Of a stretch of DNA of 64,000 nt, positions 1 to 10,559 are shown in pieces. Origin of the DNA: Ascoidea asiatica JCM 7603 (taxonomy: Eukaryota; Fungi; Ascomycota); assembly GCA_001600695.1 (NCBI GenBank), contig BCKQ01000004.1, positions 951,489-1,015,488 of the forward strand. Direction: 5' to 3'. Under the pieces are notes generated by a model. It worked only from the letters and a program-made list of their open reading frames with translations. It was not told the DNA's origin and ran no database searches. Position numbers and translations under genes: made by a program. Each line of letters starts with the position of its first letter. Position 1 is the first letter of the stretch.

Positions 1-1
1 T

Positions 2-607
2 AGATATGGTTTTAGTTCAGGAATAACTGGTTTAATGTATCTAGCATTTGGTGTTGGTTATTTATTTGGTTTTCCATTTTGGACAATATTAATTGGAAAG
101 GGTTTTAGAAAATTAACAGCCGAAAATGGTGGGGTTTCAAAACCTGAATTTAGATTACAATATCTTTATTGGTGTGGAATAATAAGTCCTTCTGCAGTTT
201 TATTATATGGATGGACCGTTGAATATAAAGTACATTGGATTGTTCCATGCATTGGTGCAGCTTTTTTTGCAACTTGTTTCATTAATGTCTTTCAATGTGT
301 TCAACCGTATTTAATTGATATGAATCCAAGATTTGCAGCTTCTTCTGTAGGTGCCTCAGCTGTTTTTAGATCTTTCTTCGGCTTTGCAATGCCAATGTTT
401 TCTCCATTTATGTTTAGTGGAATTGGTTATGGTTGGGGTTGCACAATTTTTGCATTTGTTGGTTTTGCTTTAGGTGTACCTTTCCCATTGTTTGTTTATA
501 AAAAAGGTGAAAATTTAAGAAATTGGGCCAATAAAAATATGGAAAAATCTCAGGCTAAAAGAGATGCTAAGAATTTAGCAAGATTAGAAAAACAAAGAAT
601 AAATTAG
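2..607 (+). CDS. MFS drug:H+ antiporter (DHA1 family), C-terminal part; runs off the window start
   Basis: The frame is open from nt 2 (RYGFSSGITGLM...). It carries DHA1-type motifs PEFRL, YGWT..KVHWIVPCIG, YLID..PRFAASS...RSFFGFAMPMF and GYGWG. Confidence 0.85.
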   Translation, partial: RYGFSSGITGLMYLAFGVGYLFGFPFWTILIGKGFRKLTAENGGVSKPEFRLQYLYWCGIISPSAVLLYGWTVEYKVHWIVPCIGAAFFATCFINVFQCVQPYLIDMNPRFAASSVGASAVFRSFFGFAMPMFSPFMFSGIGYGWGCTIFAFVGFALGVPFPLFVYKKGENLRNWANKNMEKSQAKRDAKNLARLEKQRIN

Positions 608-1094
608 TTTAAATTCATTCAACATTCTTTTTTCTCTTTTAATTTTTATCAGAAACTTCAATTTTCAATTTTTCAATTTTTTCTCATTTTCAATTTTTTT
701 TTGAATTTCACTTATCTTTCTACTTATTTTTTTCAAGGTCATTTATTTTTTTAGTTAATTCAACAAAAAAAAAAAGTTTCCATCAAAAAGTTTTGTATTT
801 TAGCTTTGCTCAGCATTTTAATCTTTTCATTATATTATCTATTATTTATTAAACATTATTCATCTTCATTATAGATTTTTGTATTTACAAAATAAACACT
901 TTTAATATGTAAGCTTCAAATCAAAAAGGCTTCGTAAAAATATAAGATAGTTAAAAAAACAACAGATATATTGGTATTTATGAGAGAAAATTTTAACAAA
1001 ATTGATTTGAAATTAAACTTGATAATGTAATGTATATTCTAATAAAAATTACAAAATTTTTTAAAATATTAAATGATCTTCTCATTTTGTTCAT

Positions 1095-1868
1095 TTAAGC
1101 AGCTTCTTCAAGCCCAGTCTCATTGTCACTTTCACCATTGATATACTCAATATTATCTTCTTTGATTTCTTGCACTATTTGATCATTTTTTTCATTACTT
1201 TCTAAAGAATCCTCTTCAGGATCTACATTCAACATCTCATTTCTTAAAGTCTTTTGTGATTTCAAAAGATTCAATCTACCTTCTAATAACAAAAATGATG
1301 ATAAAGCTTTCTTTTTTTTGGTTATTAAATTTTTAACACCCTGAATATTCTTTATTATATTATCAAAAAGAATTTTACTTTCTTCATCTTCATTTTGTTT
1401 TGAAAGTATATACCCCCCTTTGACTAGTAATAAGTTTTTAATCCAAAAGCATAAAATATTGTATGAGCTGTTGACTTTAGAAGTGGAATCATAATTTTCT
1501 TGGAGATAAGTAGATATAATTAAAAAAAGATTACTCAATCTTGAAGTTGAGTTCAAACTTTTCACTATTCTGAAAATAGTCAGATCTATTGGATATTTTA
1601 GAAAATTTTCATTTTTATTTTTGAATTTGTTACTTTTATTAGAAACACCCTGAAGATAATCAATATTGAGTAAATAATTGATTATCGGTATTTCAGTGAT
1701 AGAATGTTCTTCAAGATTATTGAGATACTGAGATGTTGATTCAATCAATTCTTCAGTTTGCAGTTCACCATTGTTTTCTTTTTTATTATTGTAAAGATTC
1801 TTTTTTAGTTTTTCTTTAGCCTCAAGGTTTGAACTAACCTTAGAAATAGGGGTTGCTTCTACTTCCAT
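1095..1868 (-). CDS. UTP5: Utp5-like protein with only the C-terminal Dip2/Utp12 domain (no WD40 repeats)
   Basis: FWIKNLLLVKGGYIL and FLLLEGRLNLL plus an acidic tail resemble the Utp5 C-terminus. RRPE and Reb1 sites lie upstream. Confidence 0.6.
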   Translation of the reverse strand: MEVEATPISKVSSNLEAKEKLKKNLYNNKKENNGELQTEELIESTSQYLNNLEEHSITEIPIINYLLNIDYLQGVSNKSNKFKNKNENFLKYPIDLTIFRIVKSLNSTSRLSNLFLIISTYLQENYDSTSKVNSSYNILCFWIKNLLLVKGGYILSKQNEDEESKILFDNIIKNIQGVKNLITKKKKALSSFLLLEGRLNLLKSQKTLRNEMLNVDPEEDSLESNEKNDQIVQEIKEDNIEYINGESDNETGLEEAA

Positions 1869-2014
1869 ATTTTCAAGTTTCTGATTAAATTTGAGAAATT
1901 CTAGATCAATAAGTATATTACTGAAATTTTTATACCAAATGATTTATTATTGTCTTATTTCAATTTACAAATTTGTTACTTCAAAAAAAAACTCAAAAAT
2001 AAATTTATTTTTCG

Positions 2015-2045
2015 AAATTTTTCAATTTTTCAAAACATTACCCGG
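2015..2045. promoter_or_regulatory. RRPE-like (TGAAAAATTT on - strand, 2015-2024) and Reb1-like (TTACCCGG, 2038-2045) elements upstream of the Utp5-like gene
   Basis: Direct motif matches about 150-175 bp upstream of the ATG at 1868. Confidence 0.55.
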
Positions 2046-2312
2046 ATGTTCCAAACATCTGTAAGAAAAGGTTTGGAATGCAGTGAGTAACATTATTTGG
2101 CAGGATAGTGCATAAATTTAAATTCACTGTAAAATTCATAAAATTATAATTCACAATCTACCCTTAGTTGATTATTAGCAAAATATTGATATTATTAAGG
2201 CCATATTTCTATATATTCTTATTTAAATTAAAATCAAAAGACCATGCTAAAAACTATTATACACAAAAAGCAAAAGAAGCAGCATCCAATAAGCTGTTTA
2301 TAAATAAAAGCA

Positions 2313-5300
2313 TCATATTGATTTCGAAAAACCAAAAGGAAGAGAAGAAGTTGAAAAAGAGGTTGAATTTGAGTTAGAGGCAATAGAATCATTCTCCGTT
2401 TTATCAGATAATATATCATGTAGAAAACTATTCTTTGAACGCTTTATCACGTCTGGTGTTTCTAAAGGATTCCTCAAATTAGTCAAGCTTCTTTTTCTTT
2501 TTTTCTGATGAGTAGGCTCCACGATTTCTATATCCGACTTGCTTTCTTCGGTACTATCCACAAGATCAATTATATTCTCATCATTGAAGCCATTGAGCAA
2601 ACTTTCATTGGATAATGCACTAAGCTTTTTGAATGAAACCTGATTTAATCTTTCCTTAGAGGGAGTATATTTTTTTTCCACCGAGAAACATTGAACAATT
2701 TTTTCATCCTTTGGCAAAATCTTAGGTGTAGGACTACGAGTTATAGTATTAGTATCAATATTGAATCTATCAAATTTATCAAATCTAGCAGAGCTATCAG
2801 ATATATCAGAGCTTTCAGAGATATCAGAGCTTTCATTGATCTCATCTAGTGAAATTATATTTGGATCACTTTTGCTATAATCATCTTCTGACTCAGAAAA
2901 TAAAGATTTAAGGCTAACTATATTTTGTCTATCAGACATCGGAGAAGGAATTAAAGTTCTATTTTGTTTAGTTTGCTTCTTCATAATTTCCTTCCTAATG
3001 TTACTATTCTGTTTCCTATTCTTTTCCAATGAAAAACTTTCTGGAAGATTAATTGTTCGATCTTTCCTCATTCTAAAATTGCATTGTAATTTATTAGTCA
3101 AAATTGTGAGTTGTTTCAGTTTTTCCTGAATTTTTTTGAATTTTTCATTATTTTTAAAGGAAGAGCAACTTTGAATCATATTTCTAAAATTGTCTATTTT
3201 GGGAACGATAGCTCCTAATAGTCCATCAAATTCCTCTAAATTTAACAAAACAAGTTTTTTTAGCAAATTCATGAATGGACCCAATGAATCTTCAAGTGTT
3301 TGAAGAAAACAAGAAAGATCTAAATCATCTGAATAAATTAACTCGACTAAAAATTTAGATAATCTCATCACCTGTCTATCAACCTCGATAAATAAATGCC
3401 TAGCTTCTTGTGAAGCTGAAAATCTTTCATTGTATTTTGAAGAGCTACTTTTTAAATCTAATACATCTTCGTCGACTAGAACTTCTTCAACAAATTCAAT
3501 TTCACTGCCAGTACTACTTTCGCTACTTTCGATATTTTTTTCATTAACCGTTGTTGACGCATTTTCATTATCAAAATCCTTATTTTTTTGGGTGATGCCA
3601 ATCTCACTGCCTAATTTGATATTATCTAGAAAATGCCTTCCATACCTAAAACTATTTTTAAGGTCATTTTTCTCAACTGGGCTTTTCAAAGGTGATTTAT
3701 TCTGAGATTTATCTTTGTTTTGAGTGCTATACCTTTGAGATTTCAAACTTTCTTTGTGGATTTCATTTTTAGCCTCCGTTATGATTTCTTGATCTTTTTT
3801 ATTCTGAGTTTTATTTTCACATTTAGGCAATAAATTCTTATCAAGAGGTTTTTGGGCTTCTGGGATCTTCTTAACAATCTTAGTGCCAAAAAAAGAATCA
3901 CTAGCGAGCCTCTTTTCAATTGAAGATATATAGTCATCGATTTTACACTTATATGAATTAACAACAAAATCTAGTGCTCTTGAAGTTTTCTTTTTCTCAG
4001 TTGAAGAAGACTTTTGCTCTTTGGAGGTAGACTCATTTATACTTTTTTTGTAACTTTCCGGTGAAGAAATTCCTGCTGAAGTAGCACAAAAACTTGTCAA
4101 TGGTGTATCACTTTTAAAGTCGGAAGAATCATAATCAAATATTTCTTTTTTCCCACTCTTAGGATCTGAATAAATATCACTATTTATAGCACTACATTCA
4201 CTTGAATTTCTCGTATAGTCTATAAAAGAATCCGTTGATGGTATATCGGATGTTATTTCACTTACTATTTTTTTGCTTTCCACTTTTTCGCTTCCACTTG
4301 AAATCTCTTTAGCCATTTCAGAGGAAAAAATATTTGAACTCATAGAGTGAGAAACTGTTGATTTTTCAATTTCTTTGTTTTTATCTGTCTGTGCTGTATC
4401 ATCTTCTTCATCATCAGAAAGGGAAAAAATATCAACTTTTGAAAGATCTTGAACTTTATATTGTCTTTTCCATTCTTCTGAATCATTACTTTTTAGAGGG
4501 AGCTTATTTGAATCAATTTTCATGTTAGAATTTGAATTATTAGGTATATTTTTTTCGTCTGCAGATTCAGAGTCTCTAGGAAGAAGTTCAAAATCATCAT
4601 CCTCGGAAGAGCTATCGAAATCAGAAAAGTCATCTATTGGAAATCTTGAATCATTATCACCTAGTAAATTCACTAAACCATGATCATCATCGAAATGAAA
4701 ATCCTTTATTAATTCTCTTGCATCTTTTACCGAACACCATTTTCCATTAATAATTTTACTTTTGTTTTTTTCTAAAGTCGCAATTTCAATGTCTTCTTTA
4801 GACTTGCTATTTGAATATTTTGAGTCGGTTCTAGAATAATTCTCATAAGAGTTGGACAAACTATAACCGATATAAATAGTTCGAAATTCTACTGAATTCA
4901 ATTTATCAAGGTAATATAAAACATTTTCAAGACGTAAATCATCATCGAAGTCCTTTTTGGAGCCAACGGAATTTAAATTTATTTCTAGAATGCTAATTGT
5001 CACAGCGCAATAAATCAATGCTTGGATATTAACATAGCCATCACTGAATCTTCTTGGAACATAAAAGGTTTGAGAAATTTTTCTTTGATCGACTTTGAAA
5101 GTATAAATATCACAAATATCTTTTATATTTATCGGTTTTCTCAAAATTGAATTTGACAGACTATCTGTTTTATTTCTTTGTAAAATTTCTCTTCTTGAAC
5201 TTCTTTGGGAATAATTTGGGTTAACTAAACCTCTTATTTTATTCAATTTTTCCGGAGTTAGTGAAAATTGATAAGGATATCCATGAAATTTTTTATAATC

Positions 5301-6719
5301 CCTTGATTTGATATCCCAATGTTTTAAAAATTTTAATTCATATTTTGAAACGAATAAATCATTATTTTGATAAAATTTCAGATCTTGAAAAAATAAGATT
5401 GGATTTAAAACTTTTGATAACCCATATATTACAGAAAATTTTCTCGCAATAACTAAAGGTATCCAAATTCCTCCACACAAAGTTTTATCATTACTTTCAT
5501 ATAATATACCATTCTGTTCTTTATAATTGTTCAAAAATAATCTTCTTAAATTTTTTCTTGCGGACTCACCTTTAAGATTCTCATAAACATCAAACAAATG
5601 ATTTAAGTTTATATAATTATCAGATACTTTTCTCAATATTCTTATTTGTTTATCATAATTCATATATACAAAATATTCAAAGAATTCAATACCACAATAA
5701 CTTGTTTTTGAGACTCTATTAAAGGATAATAGAGGTTTTAAGAGTTTAAAGATTTTAAATTTTTTTGATAAATTTCTTGCTATTGGTAATGGTAACCAAA
5801 TACCTTGAAAAAAAAATTGTAAATTTTTATCAAAATTTGAGTAAAATTGATATTTATTATTAATTAAATTTAAACATTCAATTTTTATTTGTTTTGAAAA
5901 TTTTTTTGATTCATTATGAGATAATAAAGATTTAAATCTAGATACATTAACCCAACTGCCAATTTTTTTCCTTGGATATAAATTTTTTAAACCATTGATT
6001 TGTAATAAATAACATTCATCATTTTCGAAAAGTATTGACTTTAATGGTACAGAATAATCACTCAAAGTTGGTTCTATTGAAAAATTAATTGGATAATCTT
6101 TCAAAATTGTTAAATTTTTTGTTTTAAATAAATTTGATTCATATAAAATCTGATGATTTTCTTTTCTTTTTGATTTATGATCTTTTTTAAAGCCTTCTCT
6201 ATAAAGACTTGAAGGAGAGAGAATATTGAAATCTTTCATGGTTTTATCATTTTCTAGATTACTATTTTTATATATATCATTTTCGTTAGTATAATCCGAA
6301 GATTTAATTTCAAATTCTTCAAAACCTTTATTTTTTTGCGTACTTTGTATATTTTTAATACTTTGAATATTTTGATTGTTTTGATTATTTTGTTGTTTGT
6401 TTTCAGTATTTCGAAAGTTTTTATTCTTTTTATTCTTTTCAAAATCTTTAGTATTTATCATCATATCTTTTCTTTTTGAAATTTTATTTTCTTTAACTGA
6501 TTTAAGATATCGACTAGGATTGTACTTTATAGTGATTTTGTGACTAATTTCATTTTTGCTGTTATTGCTATTACTATTGTTTTCATTATGATTAAAAGTT
6601 TGCTTATCCTTATTCTTATAATCTTTATTTCGATTAGCCTTCTTATTGCTGATGCTATCCTTTATCTTATCGTTATCATTTATAATTTCAAAAAAGTGAT
6701 CACAAGAAAACTGGACCAT
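2313..6719 (-). CDS. Large putative transcription factor with three tandem APSES/KilA-N domains and a long low-complexity C-terminus
   Basis: Three repeats of the Mbp1/Swi4-like pattern: RKKIGSWVNVS..FQGIWLPLPIARNLSKKFKIFKLLKPLLSF; RKVSDNYINL..GGIWIPLVIARKFSVIYGLSKVLNPILFF; RRFSDGYVNI..NGKWCSVKDARELIKDF. A KKRKR NLS-like motif lies near the C-terminus. Confidence 0.8.
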   Translation of the reverse strand: MVQFSCDHFFEIINDNDKIKDSISNKKANRNKDYKNKDKQTFNHNENNSNSNNSKNEISHKITIKYNPSRYLKSVKENKISKRKDMMINTKDFEKNKKNKNFRNTENKQQNNQNNQNIQSIKNIQSTQKNKGFEEFEIKSSDYTNENDIYKNSNLENDKTMKDFNILSPSSLYREGFKKDHKSKRKENHQILYESNLFKTKNLTILKDYPINFSIEPTLSDYSVPLKSILFENDECYLLQINGLKNLYPRKKIGSWVNVSRFKSLLSHNESKKFSKQIKIECLNLINNKYQFYSNFDKNLQFFFQGIWLPLPIARNLSKKFKIFKLLKPLLSFNRVSKTSYCGIEFFEYFVYMNYDKQIRILRKVSDNYINLNHLFDVYENLKGESARKNLRRLFLNNYKEQNGILYESNDKTLCGGIWIPLVIARKFSVIYGLSKVLNPILFFQDLKFYQNNDLFVSKYELKFLKHWDIKSRDYKKFHGYPYQFSLTPEKLNKIRGLVNPNYSQRSSRREILQRNKTDSLSNSILRKPINIKDICDIYTFKVDQRKISQTFYVPRRFSDGYVNIQALIYCAVTISILEINLNSVGSKKDFDDDLRLENVLYYLDKLNSVEFRTIYIGYSLSNSYENYSRTDSKYSNSKSKEDIEIATLEKNKSKIINGKWCSVKDARELIKDFHFDDDHGLVNLLGDNDSRFPIDDFSDFDSSSEDDDFELLPRDSESADEKNIPNNSNSNMKIDSNKLPLKSNDSEEWKRQYKVQDLSKVDIFSLSDDEEDDTAQTDKNKEIEKSTVSHSMSSNIFSSEMAKEISSGSEKVESKKIVSEITSDIPSTDSFIDYTRNSSECSAINSDIYSDPKSGKKEIFDYDSSDFKSDTPLTSFCATSAGISSPESYKKSINESTSKEQKSSSTEKKKTSRALDFVVNSYKCKIDDYISSIEKRLASDSFFGTKIVKKIPEAQKPLDKNLLPKCENKTQNKKDQEIITEAKNEIHKESLKSQRYSTQNKDKSQNKSPLKSPVEKNDLKNSFRYGRHFLDNIKLGSEIGITQKNKDFDNENASTTVNEKNIESSESSTGSEIEFVEEVLVDEDVLDLKSSSSKYNERFSASQEARHLFIEVDRQVMRLSKFLVELIYSDDLDLSCFLQTLEDSLGPFMNLLKKLVLLNLEEFDGLLGAIVPKIDNFRNMIQSCSSFKNNEKFKKIQEKLKQLTILTNKLQCNFRMRKDRTINLPESFSLEKNRKQNSNIRKEIMKKQTKQNRTLIPSPMSDRQNIVSLKSLFSESEDDYSKSDPNIISLDEINESSDISESSDISDSSARFDKFDRFNIDTNTITRSPTPKILPKDEKIVQCFSVEKKYTPSKERLNQVSFKKLSALSNESLLNGFNDENIIDLVDSTEESKSDIEIVEPTHQKKRKRSLTNLRNPLETPDVIKRSKNSFLHDILSDKTENDSIASNSNSTSFSTSSLPFGFSKSI

Positions 6720-7504
6720 ATTACACTATCTTTTAGAATAAAAATGTAACTTATTAGATAAATTATGAAGAAAAACTAGGCAATTGACTAGCCTTGAAAT
6801 AACTTTTAGTATGTTTAATTTACTTTATTGTATTGATATTCTTTTATTATTATTGTATTATTTTATCTTTGTTGATTTATGCTCAAAACAGTAATCATGA
6901 ATTTCAAATATATTTTTCCAGATAATCTGAATTTGTTAGTTTCCTTATTTCCAAAGTTTGTTTCCATTTAATCTATGCCACTGTTAACGCTACTTACTTT
7001 TTCTTTCGCGTTTCTCCTATGTTTTTGGTGTTTAGGGTAAAATCCGCAGGAATCCGGATAGGCATCATACCCAACGCTATTGCGTGCAGTACACTAACGC
7101 GAATTATTTAGCGTGCGTTTTTTTAGCCTTCGTTGCGTACAATTACTAAAAACAATATTAGCAACGCAATCTGCGTTAGCGCAGCACACGTTGCACCAAA
7201 AAGTAGTCGTGCAATGCAATAGTGCGAACGCATCGCACAACGCTTTCCTGTTCCAGAATAAATGCGCAGTGTCCCGTTATCAAGAGTATTGCGGCTAGTT
7301 TGAAAACTAGCCTCTGGTAACTAAAAATTCCAGCCGCAAGCGTGATATCCCTGCAAGAGCCAGCATTCTCACCAGCCATTGAATCTCGATTTGAAGTTTT
7401 TGGGTAAAATAAGCCATTTCACCGCCTTTGTAGCCACATTGAATCCAAAAAGGGACGCAAGGCGCATAAGTGTTGTTGTTTGTTGATGTTTTGTTTGTGG
7501 TTGC

Positions 7505-7570
7505 TTTCCTATTTGGGCCTTTTTCAGTTTGTGTAAACAGAGAAATACCAAATGCGGGAAAATGTAAACA
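7505..7570 (+). promoter_or_regulatory. CLB2-cluster-type Mcm1/Forkhead composite elements upstream of CDC5
   Basis: TTTCCTATTTGGG (from 7505) with GTAAACA (7533-7539), and TACCAAATGCGGGAAA (from 7546) with GTAAACA (7564-7570). CDC5 is a known Mcm1-Fkh2 target in S. cerevisiae. Confidence 0.65.
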
Positions 7571-8534
7571 CGTCTTGCTTACTTTCTTCTGAATTTGTTC
7601 ATTTCTATTCAAAATTTCATTTACTTTTATTAAAAGCAGAAAAATTCCATTTTCTCACAGTCAATTTCTGTCTTTTTGCAACTCTTTTAATCGATTTATT
7701 CGCCATTTCATCTTCAATTCTTGTTCATTTTCAGTGAAGTTTGATTAAATGCAATTCAATTTCATTCAATTCTGGTTTTCTTTTTTTTCAATTAACAGCA
7801 AATCACTGTCTTCAAGCTTTAATATTTTATTTCAAGTTAATATACTTTTTTTATCAAAACTATCACTTCAAAAGGGATTTATTTCACTTACTCATCTTTG
7901 ATTTTTATTCTACAATTCAAATAAATATTAGCTTTATTCTCTTTTTTTTTTTTGATTTTAACTCAAGTTACAATAACTGATCACTAATATCTAATAATTA
8001 ACAATTATCTCTATAATAATATCATCTATATTCACTTCAATGATAGTTATATAAGACTTAAGACTTTATCAAAACTTTTCTTATCATCTTCTTTTCTTAT
8101 CATATCTTTTATTTAATTATTTATTTATATCTTATACCAAAATTTTATTCTTAATACCAATTTATATCCAATTATATACCAGATTATTTTATATCCAATC
8201 TTATATCCAACTTTATATCTAATTTAATATCCAATATACTTTTTCTATATTATAAACTGTATCTTTATCTTCATCTGTACCTTACATAAATATCTATCTC
8301 TATTAAAATTAATATCATTTTGCTTTATCAAAAACTTCAATATTATTTTCATATTATTTATCTTTATTCATCAATCATTATCATTCAAAATCTTATTTCC
8401 CTAAAATTTCATACTTCAATCACTTTATTAGACTTTTCAGATATAATTCTCCATATTACCTAAATAATATTCAAGTTATATTTAATTTATATCCCAAACC
8501 TAAACCTAAATTTAATATTAAAACTTTTTCAACA

Positions 8535-10559
8535 ATGGGTCAGCCTTTACAAGTTATTGCTTCTCAAGATCTTAATGCAAGAACAAATTTAAGATCAAAT
8601 ATGATTAACCCAAATTTGAATAATAATATAAATCAAAATCTAAATTTACAACCTCAAGTTCAACAAAAACAACAAAAAAAGAAAAGAGAAAAATTATCTG
8701 CTTTATGTAAAACTCCTCCTTCTGTCATTAGAACAAGAGGTGGTAGAGATTATCAAAGAGGTTTATTTTTAGGTGAAGGTGGTTTTGCAAGATGTTTTCA
8801 AATTAAGGATGATAGTGGAAAAATTTATGCTGCAAAAACTGTTGCTAAAGTTTCAATCAAAAATGAAAAAACTAAAACAAAATTATTATCCGAAATTAAA
8901 ATTCATAAAAGTATGAATCATCCAAATGTTGTTCAATTCATAGACTGTTTTGAAGATAATGCTAATGTTTATATACTTTTGGAAATTTGTGCAAATGGTT
9001 CTTTGATGGATTTATTAAAAAAACGTAAAAGTTTAACTGAACCTGAAGTTAGATTTATGATTGTTCAAATTATTGGTGCAATTAAATATATGCATAGTAG
9101 AAGAGTTATTCATAGAGATATTAAGTTAGGTAATATATTCTTTGATTCTGAAATGAATTTAAAAATTGGTGATTTTGGTTTAGCTGCAGTTTTACCTCCA
9201 GGAAAATCAAGAAAATATACAATCTGTGGTACCCCAAATTATATTGCTCCAGAAGTTTTAACCGGTAAAGTTAAAGGTCATAGTTTTGAAGTTGATATTT
9301 GGTCAATTGGTATAATGATGTATGCTTTATTATTTGGTAAACCTCCTTTTCAATCAAAAGAAGTAGATAAAATTTATAAAAGAATTCAGAATACTGATTA
9401 TTCTTTTCCTTCAAATAAAATTGTCTCTGATGATGCTAAACAATTAATCTCAGATATTTTATCTTTAGATCCATTGAATAGACCTTCTTTAAATGATATT
9501 TTACATTATAAATGGTTTAAAGGACCATTCCCTAAAAAACTCGATCCTGAAATTTTGAATTCAATTCCATTTAGTTATTCAAACTTAAGTGCTGTGGATT
9601 CTGAGGCAAATTTTTATGGAGCTCAAGTTGCTTCTGGCCTACTAAATATTGCTCCAAAAAATCCAATAGAAATTTTAAAATCAGATTTAGAATCAGAACA
9701 GCCAAAGGCTATTTTACCACAATCTTTATCTCCAGGTGGTACTAGTAATAAATATAAAGAAATGGTTGTTGTAAATCCAACTGTTTCAAAAAGATTTACT
9801 GAAGAAAATCTAATGAATAACATGATGAAATCTCCAGCTAAAAAAATAAATTATAATTCAAAATATGATAAAAAATCAGATCAAATTTTAGCAAATGAAT
9901 GTTTTGAAACTCTTAATGGTATAAATATTGCTGAAAGACAAGTAAGAATGAGATCTAGTGTTCAAGAAAAAATAGTTATAAATTCCAAACCAATTTTAAT
10001 CAGTAAATGGGTAGATTACTCAAATAAGCATGGATTTTCTTATCAATTATCAACTAATGATATCGGAGTTTTATTCAACAATGGAAACTCAATTTTAAAA
10101 TTAGCTAATAATCAAGATTTTTGGTACATAATTGAAGATAGAATAAAAGGTTGGCTGGCTGATAGTTTCAAAAATGGTCAAGGTCCAGCTGAATTAAAAA
10201 GAGAACTAGAAATTGTTGATTTTTTTGCCAAATATATGAAAGCAAACCTTTGCAAAGTTTCAAATGAAGATAGTGTTAGAGATGAGGATGTTTGGTTAAG
10301 AAGATATAGTAGATATGAACCATATGTGATGTTCGAACTAAGTAATGGATCTTATCAATTTAACTTCAGAGATCATCATAAAATTTGTATATCTCATAAA
10401 GGTAAAATATTTACTTATATTTCCCCTGATAGAGTTGCCAATACTTTCCCATTAGTTGATTTATTAAAATATGGTGGAATACCGGGTCATAAAGACATTA
10501 ATTTTGAAGAAAAATATTTGTTAATGAAGCAAGCCTTAAAACAAAAAGCTGATATTTAA
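8535..10559 (+). CDS. CDC5: Polo-like kinase
   Basis: LGEGGFARC, HRDIKLGN, DFGLA and TICGTPNYIAPE kinase motifs; polo-box ISKWVDYSNKHGFSYQL and QFNFRDHHK. Confidence 0.97.
   Translation: MGQPLQVIASQDLNARTNLRSNMINPNLNNNINQNLNLQPQVQQKQQKKKREKLSALCKTPPSVIRTRGGRDYQRGLFLGEGGFARCFQIKDDSGKIYAAKTVAKVSIKNEKTKTKLLSEIKIHKSMNHPNVVQFIDCFEDNANVYILLEICANGSLMDLLKKRKSLTEPEVRFMIVQIIGAIKYMHSRRVIHRDIKLGNIFFDSEMNLKIGDFGLAAVLPPGKSRKYTICGTPNYIAPEVLTGKVKGHSFEVDIWSIGIMMYALLFGKPPFQSKEVDKIYKRIQNTDYSFPSNKIVSDDAKQLISDILSLDPLNRPSLNDILHYKWFKGPFPKKLDPEILNSIPFSYSNLSAVDSEANFYGAQVASGLLNIAPKNPIEILKSDLESEQPKAILPQSLSPGGTSNKYKEMVVVNPTVSKRFTEENLMNNMMKSPAKKINYNSKYDKKSDQILANECFETLNGINIAERQVRMRSSVQEKIVINSKPILISKWVDYSNKHGFSYQLSTNDIGVLFNNGNSILKLANNQDFWYIIEDRIKGWLADSFKNGQGPAELKRELEIVDFFAKYMKANLCKVSNEDSVRDEDVWLRRYSRYEPYVMFELSNGSYQFNFRDHHKICISHKGKIFTYISPDRVANTFPLVDLLKYGGIPGHKDINFEEKYLLMKQALKQKADI

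Noticed and set aside
7113-7980. Several 60-101 aa ORFs between the APSES gene and CDC5
   Set aside because: They overlap on both strands, several use non-ATG starts, and none has a recognisable motif. They look like artefacts of the promoter island.
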